Shown here: in pieces, positions 52,816 through 64,000 of the stretch
How the letters are laid out: every line of letters starts with the position of its first letter
Numbering within the stretch: the first letter of the stretch is position 1
Source: Antedon mediterranea
Taxonomy: Eukaryota; Animalia; Echinodermata
Direction of reading: 5' to 3'
Assembly (NCBI RefSeq): GCF_964355755.1
Contig: NC_092675.1
Coordinates: 8,179,812-8,243,811 of the forward strand
DNA: 64,000 bases
Notes under the pieces: model-generated
The model's input: the letters and a program-made list of their open reading frames with translations, nothing else
What the model was told of the DNA's origin: nothing
The model's database searches: none
Translations under genes and position numbers: made by a program

Positions 52816-53135
52816 AAGTGGTCTCCAGAAAAGGATGACCAGCTAGTGGAGATGGTGAGAGGAGATGATTATACTGGATCCTTTCCAGTACAGAGAAAGA
52901 ACACAGCAACGTGGAAAAGTATGGAAAGACATTGCAAGCAATAATTCACCATCTTTTGACATCAACTTAGATGGAACAGATGTGAGGGATCGGTGGAATA
53001 TATTAAAGGAAAAGTTGAGGGCAAAATTCAATAATGAGATAAGGGGGAAACATAGAAGAGAAGATTTGCTAAGTTAATATAAGATGAATGGAGTGATGGA
53101 GCACAAGCTGCAGGTAAAGCGGTTCATTTCAGACT
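52816..53135 (+). pseudogene. Inverted degenerate duplicate of the Myb/SANT exon
   Basis: ILDPFQYRERTQQRGKVWKDIA...VRDRWNILKEKL, matching 53752-54105 in the opposite orientation. Confidence 0.8.
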
Positions 53136-53229
53136 AAATCATTGTAAAAACTGACAGAAAAACAGGCTTAAGAGGTAGAGCATTACCTTTTTTCAATTAT
53201 ACGGAGCATGAGCTCCATTTGTTTATTCA

Positions 53230-54110
53230 TTTGAACGTTTTGATTTTGTATCTGTTGACGAGTTAATTCCATTTGTTGTTTCATCATCAACATACTTGAT
53301 TACGTCTCTTCAGCTTTCTTCTTAGCAGCAGCATCACTCTCCATTTTCACTTTTAAAAATTCCATGGTACTACTTGCTCTGCTTTTTTTGGCATTTACCT
53401 CTCTGTTAATATATAAAAATAAAAATATATGTCCAAATAATAATATTGTGCAATTCTTTTTCATGTACAATAAACTATGACTGCTCATAATTATTGGTAT
53501 ACTTAGTTTTGGGAAAAAATAGACATGATATCATGTACATTATATAGACAGATAGAAATGGTTTTGTCTAAAGTACGTACTGCTTACCATACCTTTCAAG
53601 TTTTAATTACATCATCTCTGTCTACATTTTGTCTTTGTATTGCTTTACTTTTAGTAAAAACATGTAAAAAATGGATTAAATATGTCTTCAAGATCAATTT
53701 ACCTTAATTTAGTCTGAAATGTCTCTAATGAGCGCTTCCGAACCTCTTAACCTGCAGCTCGTGCTGCGGCTGCATCACTACTCTCTGATCTTATGTTTAA
53801 GGCATCTTTCTCCTGACTTAGCAAATCTTCTATTGCAGCTTCTGTTTCTGATAATGCTGGTGGAGCGATACCAGACCCTCTTATCTCATTATTCAATTTT
53901 GCCTTCAACTTGTCCTTTAATAGATTCCATCTATCCCTTACATTTCTTCCATCTAAGTTAAAGTCGAAAGATGGTGAAAGATTGCCTGCAATGTCTTTCC
54001 ATACTTTTCCGTGTTGCTGCGTTCTTTCTCTGTACTGGAAAGGATCCAATGTAATCATTTCCTTCACTAACTGGTCATCCTTTTCTGGAGACCACTTCTT
54101 AGTTGGAGAT
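53230..54110 (-). pseudogene. Harbinger accessory Myb/SANT (MADF-like) DNA-binding protein remnant
   Basis: KWSPEKDDQLVKEM...VWKDIA...VRDRWNLL...E.RGSGI (three-Trp motif), then a coiled-coil-like exon (MEFLKVKMESD...). Convergent with the transposase, as expected for Harbinger. Confidence 0.8.
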
Positions 54111-54231
54111 ATTTTTTTTGGTAAAATAGGATAAAAAATGTATGTAATATCAATCAATAACACTACAGAATAAAAGTATTCTGTCATTGATGTTGTTATA
54201 TCTCAGTATATTATAGTAGGCTAGGCCTCAA

Positions 54232-55419
54232 GGGTGCATGTCAAGTCGGCCCCAAACCGTCTCGGCCAAAGTCAAGTCGGCCCCACGTCATGTCGGCCCC
54301 AAGTCAACTCGGCCTCAAGTCAACTCGGCCTCAAGTCAACTCGGCCTCACGTCAACTCGGCCAAAAACTAATCGGTCAACTCGGCCACAATAAAGTATGG
54401 AACGCAAAAAGTGCTTAATATTATTACGATTCTTACTATCCACGTTTTAAAAAAAATGAAGAAATAAAAAATATAATATCATATAAAAAAATGAACTCAT
54501 TGCCGATATGAATAGAAGTACCCGCGTGTTACAAAAAACACGTGCAGATACTGTATTTTAGGAAATCGAAGACGGAGGCCTACGTTCCACCATTTGGCCG
54601 TAGAAAAAATGATCGTACATCGCTTTTGTGCATGATTTGCGTTTTTTAAAAAGGGGAATCCCCCGGTCAGCGAAAACACGTAGCAGTTGTAGATATCGAA
54701 AAAGCTGGCAAACGCGCAGGGAGGCTCAGCTACGAAATTTTATTAAACGTAAATTTATTTATTTTTATTTATTTTATGTCTTTAGGCAATGTGGCCAAGG
54801 ATTACCAATAGTGAATTAATCACTGTCCTATCAGATAGGTGGTAATCCCTCTGATACAGGGGCTATTGTGTGAACCAGTTCACCGGGGTAACCCCCTACT
54901 CTTTTTCGAATAATGAACTGGGTTTCTTTAAAGTACACACAGGTTATAACTGTGTACACTGGACCTACGGTTTATAGTCCTTATCCGAGAAGACTTGTTC
55001 CACCACCAGAACTAGGAGCGAGTCGGCCTCGAACCCTTGCCGATGTTGTTGTTGGCTCTTTAGGTACGGTAAACGGCGCCCCTGCCTTAACCGCTCGGCC
55101 ATATGACTCACTCTAAAATAAAGGAAAGTTGGTGAAATCATTCCTATTTTTTTTGCTAAATATATTATTGTCTAAATAATAATATTCATTAAAAGTCAGA
55201 ATTATTCATAGTTAAAAAATTGTGAATATTATTTTATCAATCCCCTTCATTTGCACTTTTTGCGTTCCATACTTTAACGGGGCCGAGTTGACCGATTATT
55301 TTTTGGCCGAGTTGACGTGAGGCCGAGTTGACGTGAGGCCGATTTGACTTGAGGCCGACTTGACTTGGGGCCGACTTGACTTTGGCCGAGACGGTTTAGG
55401 GCCGACTTGGATCGAAACC
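54232..55419. mobile_element. MITE with 14-15-bp subterminal repeats (GTCAACTCGGCCTCA) and 8-bp TSD
   Basis: TSD GGCCTCAA (54224-54231, 55420-55427) and ~180-bp inverted arms. Confidence 0.85.
54818..55111 (-). mobile_element. tRNA-derived SINE (MetaSINE-like) nested in the MITE
   Basis: Minus strand TGGCCGAGCGGTTAAGGC, GGTTCGAGGCC, GGATAAGGACTATAAACCGTAGGTCC, AAAAGAGTAGGGG. Confidence 0.8.
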
Positions 55420-55792
55420 GGCCTCAAACCAAGTCTAGGTATAACCAATGTAGACAGGTCTGGATGAAAAATGACTGGTATGACCTAGCTAGTCTCTAGA
55501 AGTAGGATGGGTTGCGCCAAAAGCTAAATTTGTGTGTCTTGCTCGAGCCTACTAGCATATAGCTAGTACTATACTTAGGTATGTTAGAATCCGCGTACTT
55601 CCTGGATCGAATTTCTCCATAGTTGCCTGCGGCTATATTTAGGGAATTACTGAAAGGGCTTCCCTTAAAATGCTTGTTTCTTATTGGTCAAAGAGGTAAA
55701 TCCTATTATGTTTTGTTGATGACGTAGAGGAAAGTCTCATCTGTCACTTCCATTTTGAATTTTTAATTTCCGACGAGTATATCGATTTTTAC

Positions 55793-56546
55793 GGCGCTAC
55801 TGCAGTTTCGCACCACACTGTTATATCTTCGATTTCTTGCTTCATTTTTTTCTCGCACTCACATCATACAATTTTGGGCCATTATGTAACATGTTCCCAT
55901 GATTTAGCCACCGTTATATTACCTTTATCACAATAAAAAATGCCTTTCAAAACAGCTCCTTTTTTCGCGAAAACTTCGATTGAACTGTGGCCATTTTAGA
56001 TTCAGAAAATTGCCAGAAATCAATGTATGTTTTATTTTCTGTTTTTATTTTTAAACTGCAAAGAGTGGTTTTATAAAGAACCAGCTGTACATATCAAAAC
56101 GGTGACGATATGAGTCCGTACATAAAACATTGATAGGAACCATTAATATAAATAATAATAGTAATACTAATAATTAAATATTAATTTTTTATTTCGCCAG
56201 CTGAAAACATTTCTTGCTTTTCAAAACTAAATAGGGTAGGCCTATATGTGTAATCGGATTTTATAACACTGCCCTCTATAGTTTCTACAATTTTTGGGGT
56301 AAAATGAAGCATAAATTCTGGCAATTCAGTGATAAATATAAGATGGCGAACATTTCGCAGTGTGTTGACGGCGAGTTCAGTATTGTTTAAAATGTTTTGA
56401 AAAGTATTGTTATTTTAAAAAAATTACTTCGTAAGTGGTCGAATCGTATAAACATGTTACATAATATTATGTTGTGAGTGTAAAAAACGAAAGTTTAGGT
56501 GAGAAATCGAAGATATAACGGTGTGGTGCGAAACTGCAGTAGCGCC
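55793..56546. mobile_element. Merlin-like non-autonomous element
   Basis: 45-bp TIR GGCGCTACTGCAGTTTCGCACCACAC...; 8-bp TSD ATTTTTAC. Confidence 0.85.
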
Positions 56547-58263
56547 ATTTTTACAACGCACCGAAACATTTTGCCTAACTTCAGACGCTAAATTATCATA
56601 CTTCTACATTACGGACCTTAATCATAGTAAGTAGTTGTTTTTATCATTCTTTTATCTTTATAATTGTGAAATTTTAATTACAATCGGGCGTTTCGAAAGA
56701 AAGTTATTTCACCCTACAAACACCCATGTATTTGCGATCCATTCAGGCTGTAGTGCAAGCAACGCGACTGTAGGTCGTTTACATTCATATCGCCCAGTGA
56801 AACTACGCTTGAATTTCGGTGTTTATGAAAACAAATATATTATATTTGTTACTTCCATGGACAATTTAGGTTTTATAGATATAATATAAAAAGTTTTTGT
56901 AATGTATTTTAAATAAAGTTAGACGATGTTTAGGGATTTAATTTACGTATCAAAATCACATGAATGCAATGTTTACAGTTGACTACGATCACGTGACCAC
57001 AGTCAAACGTTCTGATTGGGTCTCGTCACAATGTGTACCAAAATTGCTAATTCTGATTGGCTGTCGATGATGTCATTATTGTCTATACTGTAATAATTTC
57101 TTTTTACAATTTTAAATTAAAATTAATTAAATTGAAATTAATTCTTTTATTTGTTAAATTGTTATAACTGAAATTAGCAGATATGAAATAACATTTTATG
57201 ATTACGCATTTACACAAAATTATATTTATTTTGAACATGAATAAATAAACATACATGAAAAAATAAACAATTTACTGTATTAAATTAATATAATTATTAT
57301 TTCAGGATTAGTGATGCCTCCGAAAAAGAAGCCTAGATACGTAAATCCTGCACATGCCCGACCTGGTATTGCCAGGAAGCATATTTTGGACACATTTTCT
57401 TTACTTCCTGAAGATGTTGCTGATTTCAGAATGGGTGCTCTACATATTTATAACTGATGGAAGATAACAAGAGTCGTGCAGCTACAAAAAATGTTCTGAA
57501 GTTTTTTAACGACAGTGTTATCTTTGAAATTAGTATGTTAGTGTAAATAAATAAATATTTATTTATCTAGTTTGGATGTTATAGAATTGGTTGTTTGTTG
57601 TTGTTCAGCCTTTTTCCTGAAATAAATAATAAAACTGTATTATAGTTAACGTATATTGTCTACTGTCTTATTTTTGCAATTAATGTAGTGGTTTTTTAAT
57701 GTTTTCCGGGGGTGGGGAGTCCTGGGGGAGGGGGATGGGGGTCATGGGGAGTGGTGTTTTGGGGAAGGTTTAAGCCTGCTGTTGAAACCAGGGTATATGT
57801 TACAAATCCACTGCATTCTATTCAGAACTATTCATTTAATTTTAGTATCTTCAATTATAGCCTATTTGGGTCACAATGTTCCTATACTCTGTAGTGTTAT
57901 TTAGGTATTACAATATCTCGAAAGTTAATTGACAATAACTTTATTAATATTGAAGGTACAGAGATGATTTTGGTATTAAAATGTTTCTTTCACCAAGCTC
58001 TATCAGACAACATTGGTTTATAAAGGAAATAATGAAGTTTTGAAAAAAATGTAACATACCTACTATACTACTAGGCCTAGGCTAGGGCCAGTAGGCAACC
58101 TAGGTAGGTGGCCTACCATTAGAGGCTAGTCTAATGCTAGCCAGGCTAAACATATATATTCAACTTGTATTGCCACAAAAATATATAGGCCTAGCCTAGC
58201 CTGGCTAGGCCTACCTATAGGCCTATATGGCAATATGAAAAGGAGGTTAAAAAATATAGGGCC

Positions 58264-59169
58264 TGTCACACCAAAATCAGTCCGGGCCAAAATCGGTCCG
58301 GCGGACCAGTTTTGGCTGCCAAAATCAGTCCGGGGGACCATTTATGGCTGCCAAAACCTGTCCGGCCGGACCAATTTTGGCCGCCAAATCTGGTCCGGCC
58401 TGGATAAAATCGGTCCGGGCAGTACGACTGTTTTTGGCCGCCAAATATGGTCCGGTCTTACAAATATATGGTGCGCAAAATGAGTCATAATGTATATATC
58501 ATAAAAAAAAGGCATGATTAGTCATTATTGAAAACTACGGGGATTTATTTGTTATTTTAATATTATAAATTAAGCCTGTTTTTTTTAAATTATCATTATT
58601 AGTAGTAACTCATCAATAATTAATACTAATTGTTAAGCTTTTTGTATACAATATGTATCTCTGCCTGTTTTTAATCCATTTTTTCTTTTTTAACATCTTC
58701 GTTTCCCCATGATGTTAAAAACAATTTATTTTTTTTTATTATTTATGGTTAATCAATCAATATATCAATTCAATACAATTATTATAAAACAATTATCCAA
58801 TATTGATTAGGCTGAGGAAGGAAAAAGGCCTCAATCATAAATAAAATCTAGCTGGCAATATCAGCGTCTCATACCCGTTCATGTGAGTGTGTGGCAGGCC
58901 GAAATATGAGTGAACACCTAAGTCATGTTTTTAGATAAAATACATTTATTTATAGTATTTATCCGACAAGATAACTTACTAATATATATCATGGGATATT
59001 TTTCTAGCCATAAACAACTTAAAACAGCATCATAGGCCTAGTAATTCAATTAGACAGAAGAAAAGCCCGGACCGATTTTGACGGTGGCGGACTGCTTTTG
59101 GCCACAATTTTAGAGCCAAAACTGGTCCGGCCGGACCGATTTTGGCCCCGGACCATATTTATCGTGCCA
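58264..59169. mobile_element. Ginger2/TDD-like MITE
   Basis: TGTCAC...GTGCCA termini, GGTCCG/CGGACC subterminal repeats, 4-bp TSD GGCC. Confidence 0.75.
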
Positions 59170-59288
59170 GGCCTTCCCAGCCTAGCTAGTGACTTAGTAT
59201 ATGTAGGAGGACTAGGCATAGAATAAGCCGTAGTTTAGTTAGGCCTAGTAGTAGCCTAAGCTTAGATAGTAATAGCTATTAGGCCTAG

Positions 59289-61327
59289 GGGTAGTAACAA
59301 AGTGCGAGGCAGCGAGGCACGCGAGGCAGGGAAGGCATGCGAGGCAAGTCAGAAATTTATGCGAGGCATCGTTTTACCATCATCAAAAAATGCGAGGCAT
59401 CATTTTATCATTTCTCAAAATTGCAAGGCAGGAAATCACCGAAATTGAAGTAGCCTAGGCCCGCTAGGCTAGTTTCCTTTTGCACCTGCCTTGTACGTAT
59501 TTTAACCAACTTTATCCTGCATACCACAGCTTAGAATTAGTAGGCCTACTTTAATGAAGAAAAATCACATAAAAGTAACAATAAATCCATTAAATTGGTG
59601 ATTTTACAGACGTTGTTTTTCTCGCATTTCGCACACTCAATGTTCAATATTTTGGTTTCTATGGAACGCCAAAAGAGCAAAATTAATTAGAGGGCTAAAA
59701 ACTCTGTGGAATTCATTTATATTTAACGCATTATTTGGTGAAAATCAAGTACAATTTCAATAGATTTTGTCACTGTCAGTAAGGAAAAATGTTACTGTTG
59801 ATAATGTACACGGTTTCGTTAACCTTTTAAAGAATAAAATAGAAAAATTCATCATAATATCCTTAGTAGGATGTCCTAGGTCTAGACTAGGTAGTGATGT
59901 TGATTTAGGATCGATTATTATTCTTTGAAAACAGAACAGTATCAGCAGTAACATATTACAACATTTTTATTGACAAATTAACAAATATATTGAAATAAAA
60001 CGTGTTTTTCACCAATAAATGCATGAGAAATTGACGCATTCCACTGAGTTTTAGTCCTCTATTATCGTTGCTCTTTTGGCGCTCCATAGAAACAAAAATA
60101 TTGAACATTGAATAAGTGAAATTCGCGAACAGTGTGCGAGAAACACGCCTGTAAAATCATTAATTTAAGGATTTATTTGCTACTTTTTATGTGATTCTTT
60201 CATTAAAGTACTCATGAGGTATACTTCTAAGGTGTGGTATTCACACGATAAAGTTAGTTATTTATCAAATTTGGAGTAAAAATACAAGCGAAGGAAACTA
60301 GCGCCAGGTTTATTAGTACGTACATGGACAACAATAAATAAAAATCGTTCGTAATATACCTAGCTTACTAAAACAGGAATAGTGTATCATTATTAAATAT
60401 TACACCAATTATTATTTTATCAAAATTGATTAAATTATTTTCTACATAGGCCTTTTATCTAGGTTAGGGCTAAGCATATTAGCTAAAGTTTAATTTTAGG
60501 CCTAGTATTACAAGTCTTTTTTCACACGCGCTCCAGAATTCTGTCGCAATTTTTTTCTTTGCGGCATGTTATTGGATCGGCATATCAGTTAACTTTTATT
60601 CACCGCCAGTTATTGAACTTGTCCTGGCAATCGCTGTTCACCTTATTTGCGAGAGAGGTACACGTGTTGTTCCTAGAGAATGGAATGTCAAAAATGTCTT
60701 TGGCACGCCGCTCAGAGAGAAGTCTGTGCGCGTTGCTGCTGAAACCACGTGCTATAGGAGGGGAATGCACCACAATCCTCTGAGCTGAGGGCTGAATCAT
60801 TCCGCTACCTGCTAAATAGTAAAGAGAGATTTTCCATCTCTCGGGTCTACCGGATCTAGGCGCAGGGGTGTGACAAAATATTATTTTCACTCTGCAATGT
60901 TCGAGAGACATGTGAGTGAACACGCTCAAAATGCCAACAAACATTGCAGTCATTTGATGAGTGTGTCGCTATAACAATTATTGTTTATCGAAAGTTGAAG
61001 ACTGTCGTTCAGATTTTTGAACCGTAGTTTGGGCACTTTTGTAAAAGTAAAATTTGACACGATATGACTTGAATGAAAAAACAATCGTTACATAAAAATA
61101 AACAACACGATGAGTGTATACACGAATCTATTTAGATACGCTTGTATCGATTGATTATTAGGCCTATAATATAGCATAATAGCACGTTAAGATATGCCTC
61201 GCACCTTTTTGAAATTGTAAACTATATGCCTCGCATGCCTCGCACTTTTGGAAATGATAAAATGATGCCTCGCACAAATATTTGGCTTGCCTCGCGTGCC
61301 TCGCTGCCTCGCACTTTGTCAACACTC
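59289..61327. mobile_element. TIR element with GCGAGGCA subterminal repeats, containing a diverged inverted pair (~59470-59760 / ~59990-60301)
   Basis: ACAAAGTGCGAGGCAGCGAGGCACGCGAGGCA and its reverse complement. No TSD seen. Confidence 0.7.
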
Positions 61328-61551
61328 AGTACTACTAGGCCTAGGCTACTACTGCAGAGTACTAGCTTTAGTCTAATAGGCCTAGGTTTATTTATTTGCT
61401 ATTGATTCGCCTTTATCATTCATAGTTGATTTAATGTTGTAAAAAAATCTTAATACAGTAATTAATAAATAGTAATGGCAATGCTGCAACCCCTATCATC
61501 ACATCATATATAACTGTAAAAACAGTGTATCTGACATTCCTGTTTATTCAG

Positions 61552-63246
61552 CTGCAGGTGTATGTGTACAAATGCCAACAGCACGAGAGTCCATTTGCTA
61601 TGGAACGCCTCCTCTGCCTTCAGTTCACAGTGGTCATGCAGTACACACCAATCGTCATGCAGTACACACCAATGGTTATGCAGTACACACCAATGGTCAT
61701 GCAGTACACACCAATGCTCATGCAGTACACACCAATCGTCGTTCACATTTATCATGCAGTACACACCAATGGTCATGCAGTACACACCAATCGTCATGCA
61801 GTACACACCAATGGTCATGCAGTACACACCAATCGTCATGCAGTACACACCAATCGTCATGCAGTACACACCAAACATCATGCAGTACACACCAATCGTC
61901 ATGCAGTACACACCAAACATCATGCAGTACACACCAATGGTCATGCAGTACACACCAATCGTCATGCAGTACACACCAATCGTCATGCAGTGAAATATTG
62001 CGTAATTTATACCGCCACCTATCGACAAAATCGAATATCACGTGACGTTTATTAGACGGCTGTAAAACTAGGCCATCGACTCTAAGATTTCTTTTATGTT
62101 TGACATACTGTACTTATTTTAACCGCTACACATCTCTGTGAATGCTCTGTTTTTTATATATACAATAATTTATTATGCGAGACACAGGCGCGGCTAGGAG
62201 GCCATTGCGATTATTGAATTCCATAAAAGAAGTTTAAATAGTCTTAGTTTTACAGCCGTCTAATAAAACTCACGTGATATTCGATTTTGTCGATAGGTGG
62301 CGGTATAAATTACGCAATATTTGACTGCATGACGATTGGTGTGTACTGCATGACGATTGGTGTGTACTGCATGACAATTGGTGTGTACTGCATGATGTTT
62401 GGTGTATACTGCATGACGATTGGTGTGTACTGCATGACGATTGGTGTGTACTGCATGATAAATGTGAACGACGATTGGTGTGTACTGCATGACAATTGGT
62501 GTGTACTGCATGACGATTGGTGTGTACTGCATGACGATTGGTGTGTACTGCATGACGATTGGTGTGTACTGCATGACGATTGGTGTGTACTGCATGACGT
62601 TTGGTGTGTACTGCATGACGATTGGTGTGTACTGCATGACGATTGGTGTGTACTGCATGACCATTGGTGTGTACTGCATGACGATTTGTCTGTACTGCAT
62701 GACGATTGGTGTGTACTGCATGATAAATGTGAACTGAAGGCAGAGGAGGCGTTCCATAATTTTCTGCCAGGAAATTGCAAAGACCATGAGAGAAAATGGA
62801 GATGAATGAAGAGTGTTTAACACGCCATCCAGGATTCGGAGAAGTCTGTTTAATGAGTGGGTGCTACAAGTAGCATACCTGTCATATAAACAGCAGTATG
62901 GCGCAATGGCTGCTTTACCCCACACTAACGAAGAGTAAGTTGAGCTGCTCTATGTATAATACTAATACTAGGTGCAATATGCTTTCATTCCATTTTCTTG
63001 TATCTTGTTGAACATATTGTATTTTTACAGGAAATTTGTTATATTAAACCTGTAATTTTTAACAATACTTTCACAGGCAGTAGAGACATGTTGCATACAG
63101 GAACCTGGTGAGAATCTGTTGGGGCTACCTTGGTAGGGAAAATAGAGTTGTTCTCTCGTCATGTGCAGTGGATTCGAAGAACCTTCCCAAACCCAGAAGA
63201 CGATGGCTATACAGGCTGTAAATTAGGCAATATTGCAGATATTTAA
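61552..63246 (+). pseudogene. KolX-like (P2X7 C-terminal Zn-binding-domain-like) gene remnant of a Kolobok transposon; pieces 61552-61598, 62765-62934, 63077-63246
   Basis: C.C..CVQMPTARESIC|CQEI; CLTRHPGFGEVCL..WVLQVAY; RHVAYRNLVRICWGYLGRENRVVLSSCAV..IRRTFPNP..GYTG. Several frameshifts and stops. Confidence 0.8.
61599..62758. mobile_element. IS3EU-like palindromic MITE with 21-bp tandem arrays (CATGCAGTACACACCAATCGT)
   Basis: TATGG..CCATA termini and 6-bp TSD ATTTGC/ATTTTC (5 of 6 match). Removing it restores ESICCQE. Confidence 0.8.
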
Positions 63247-63363
63247 TTTTTTTTCAAGTTGTTATTTATATGCTGTTTATATACGTTTTACAGTACATTA
63301 CTGCATATGAAAGAAGTAAAAAAGTAACGGAAGACAATGCTATCCCTTGTTTATACGTTTTAC

Positions 63364-63399
63364 CATAGAGATATTATAGTTCACTATAATATCTCTATG
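63364..63399. other. 36-bp palindrome (17+2+17) with 7-bp TSD; putative P-superfamily excision footprint, repeated at 63481-63516 by a ~118-bp tandem duplication
   Basis: GTTTTAC-CATAGAGATATTATAGT-TC-ACTATAATATCTCTATG-GTTTTAC. An empty unit is present at ~63285. Confidence 0.8.
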
Positions 63400-63713
63400 G
63401 TTTTACAGAACATTACTGTATAATATGAAAGTAGTAAAAAAGTAACAGAAGACAATGCTATCCCTTGTTTATACGTTTTCCATAGAGATATTATAGTTCA
63501 CTATAATATCTCTATGGTTTTACAGAACATTACTGTATAATATGAAAGTAGTAAAAAAGTAACAGAAGACAATGCTATCCCTTGTTTATACTGTATATAT
63601 TTATAAATTAAAATGAAAAAAAAATATCAAAAGACAATGCTATCTCTTGTTTATATACGTGCTACAGTACATTATGGAAGTAAATTGAAAAAAATGGTGG
63701 CTCTTGCTCTTGT

Positions 63714-63886
63714 CTACTTTGCAAACCATCATTTGTAATCTGAAATTGCAACATCTTTATCTGGCGGAACGAAGGTTGAGCACACAGGTGGTGATGGTGA
63801 ACTTAATTCAGGAATTGAATCCGAAGAATCTTTCTTGCCACTACTGCACAAGTATAATGTTTCTGAAATAAGCTCATCAACATAAG
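63714..63886 (-). pseudogene. Last exon of a probable Kolobok transposase; the rest lies beyond the window
   Basis: acAG acceptor; YVDELISET...PPSPPVCSTFVPPDKDVAISDYK*WF. Convergent with the KolX-like gene. Confidence 0.55.
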
Positions 63887-64000
63887 CTGTGGTTACAAAA
63901 TAAATTCAATTGTCAATAAATGAACAAAGTCATCAAACAAAATAGTATACAGGTTGTCAATCAAATTTTTTTGGCTTACCAAATGTTGCATCTGTCAATA

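Noticed and set aside
60530-60960. GC-richer segment with a 117-aa ORF
   Set aside because: No recognisable domain or splice structure; probably TE interior.
61504-62925. Long repetitive ORFs (MQYTPIV / CVLHDDW repeats)
   Set aside because: They arise from a stop-free 21-bp minisatellite open in several frames on both strands inside a MITE.

Overview
AT-rich, intron-containing animal genomic DNA. It is probably from a marine invertebrate such as an echinoderm; this is inferred from the TE repertoire and the heavy TAGGCCTA content. It is not prokaryotic and contains no CRISPR array. Host genes: (i) a damaged secreted gene with a signal peptide, a calcium-binding EGF exon and a chitin-binding type-2 exon, the last split by a Mag-like LTR element; (ii) a secreted protein with six EGF exons (23764-25301) whose extra cysteines are placed as if to staple the domains into trimers, fed by a duplicated promoter/signal-peptide cassette. 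Most of the rest is nested transposons: a 7.2-kb foldback element with a 7-bp TSD, a 19.4-kb CACTA/EnSpm element (transposase, DUF4806 gene, satellite-like ends), a Harbinger pseudo-element holding three nested 9-bp-TSD elements, a Kolobok remnant (KolX/P2X7-tail-like gene and transposase tail), many MITEs, two tRNA-derived SINEs, two minimal hammerhead ribozymes, and several 20-36-bp palindromes with 7-bp GTNWNAC TSDs that look like P/Galileo excision footprints. All calls come from reading the sequence by eye; no database searches were run.
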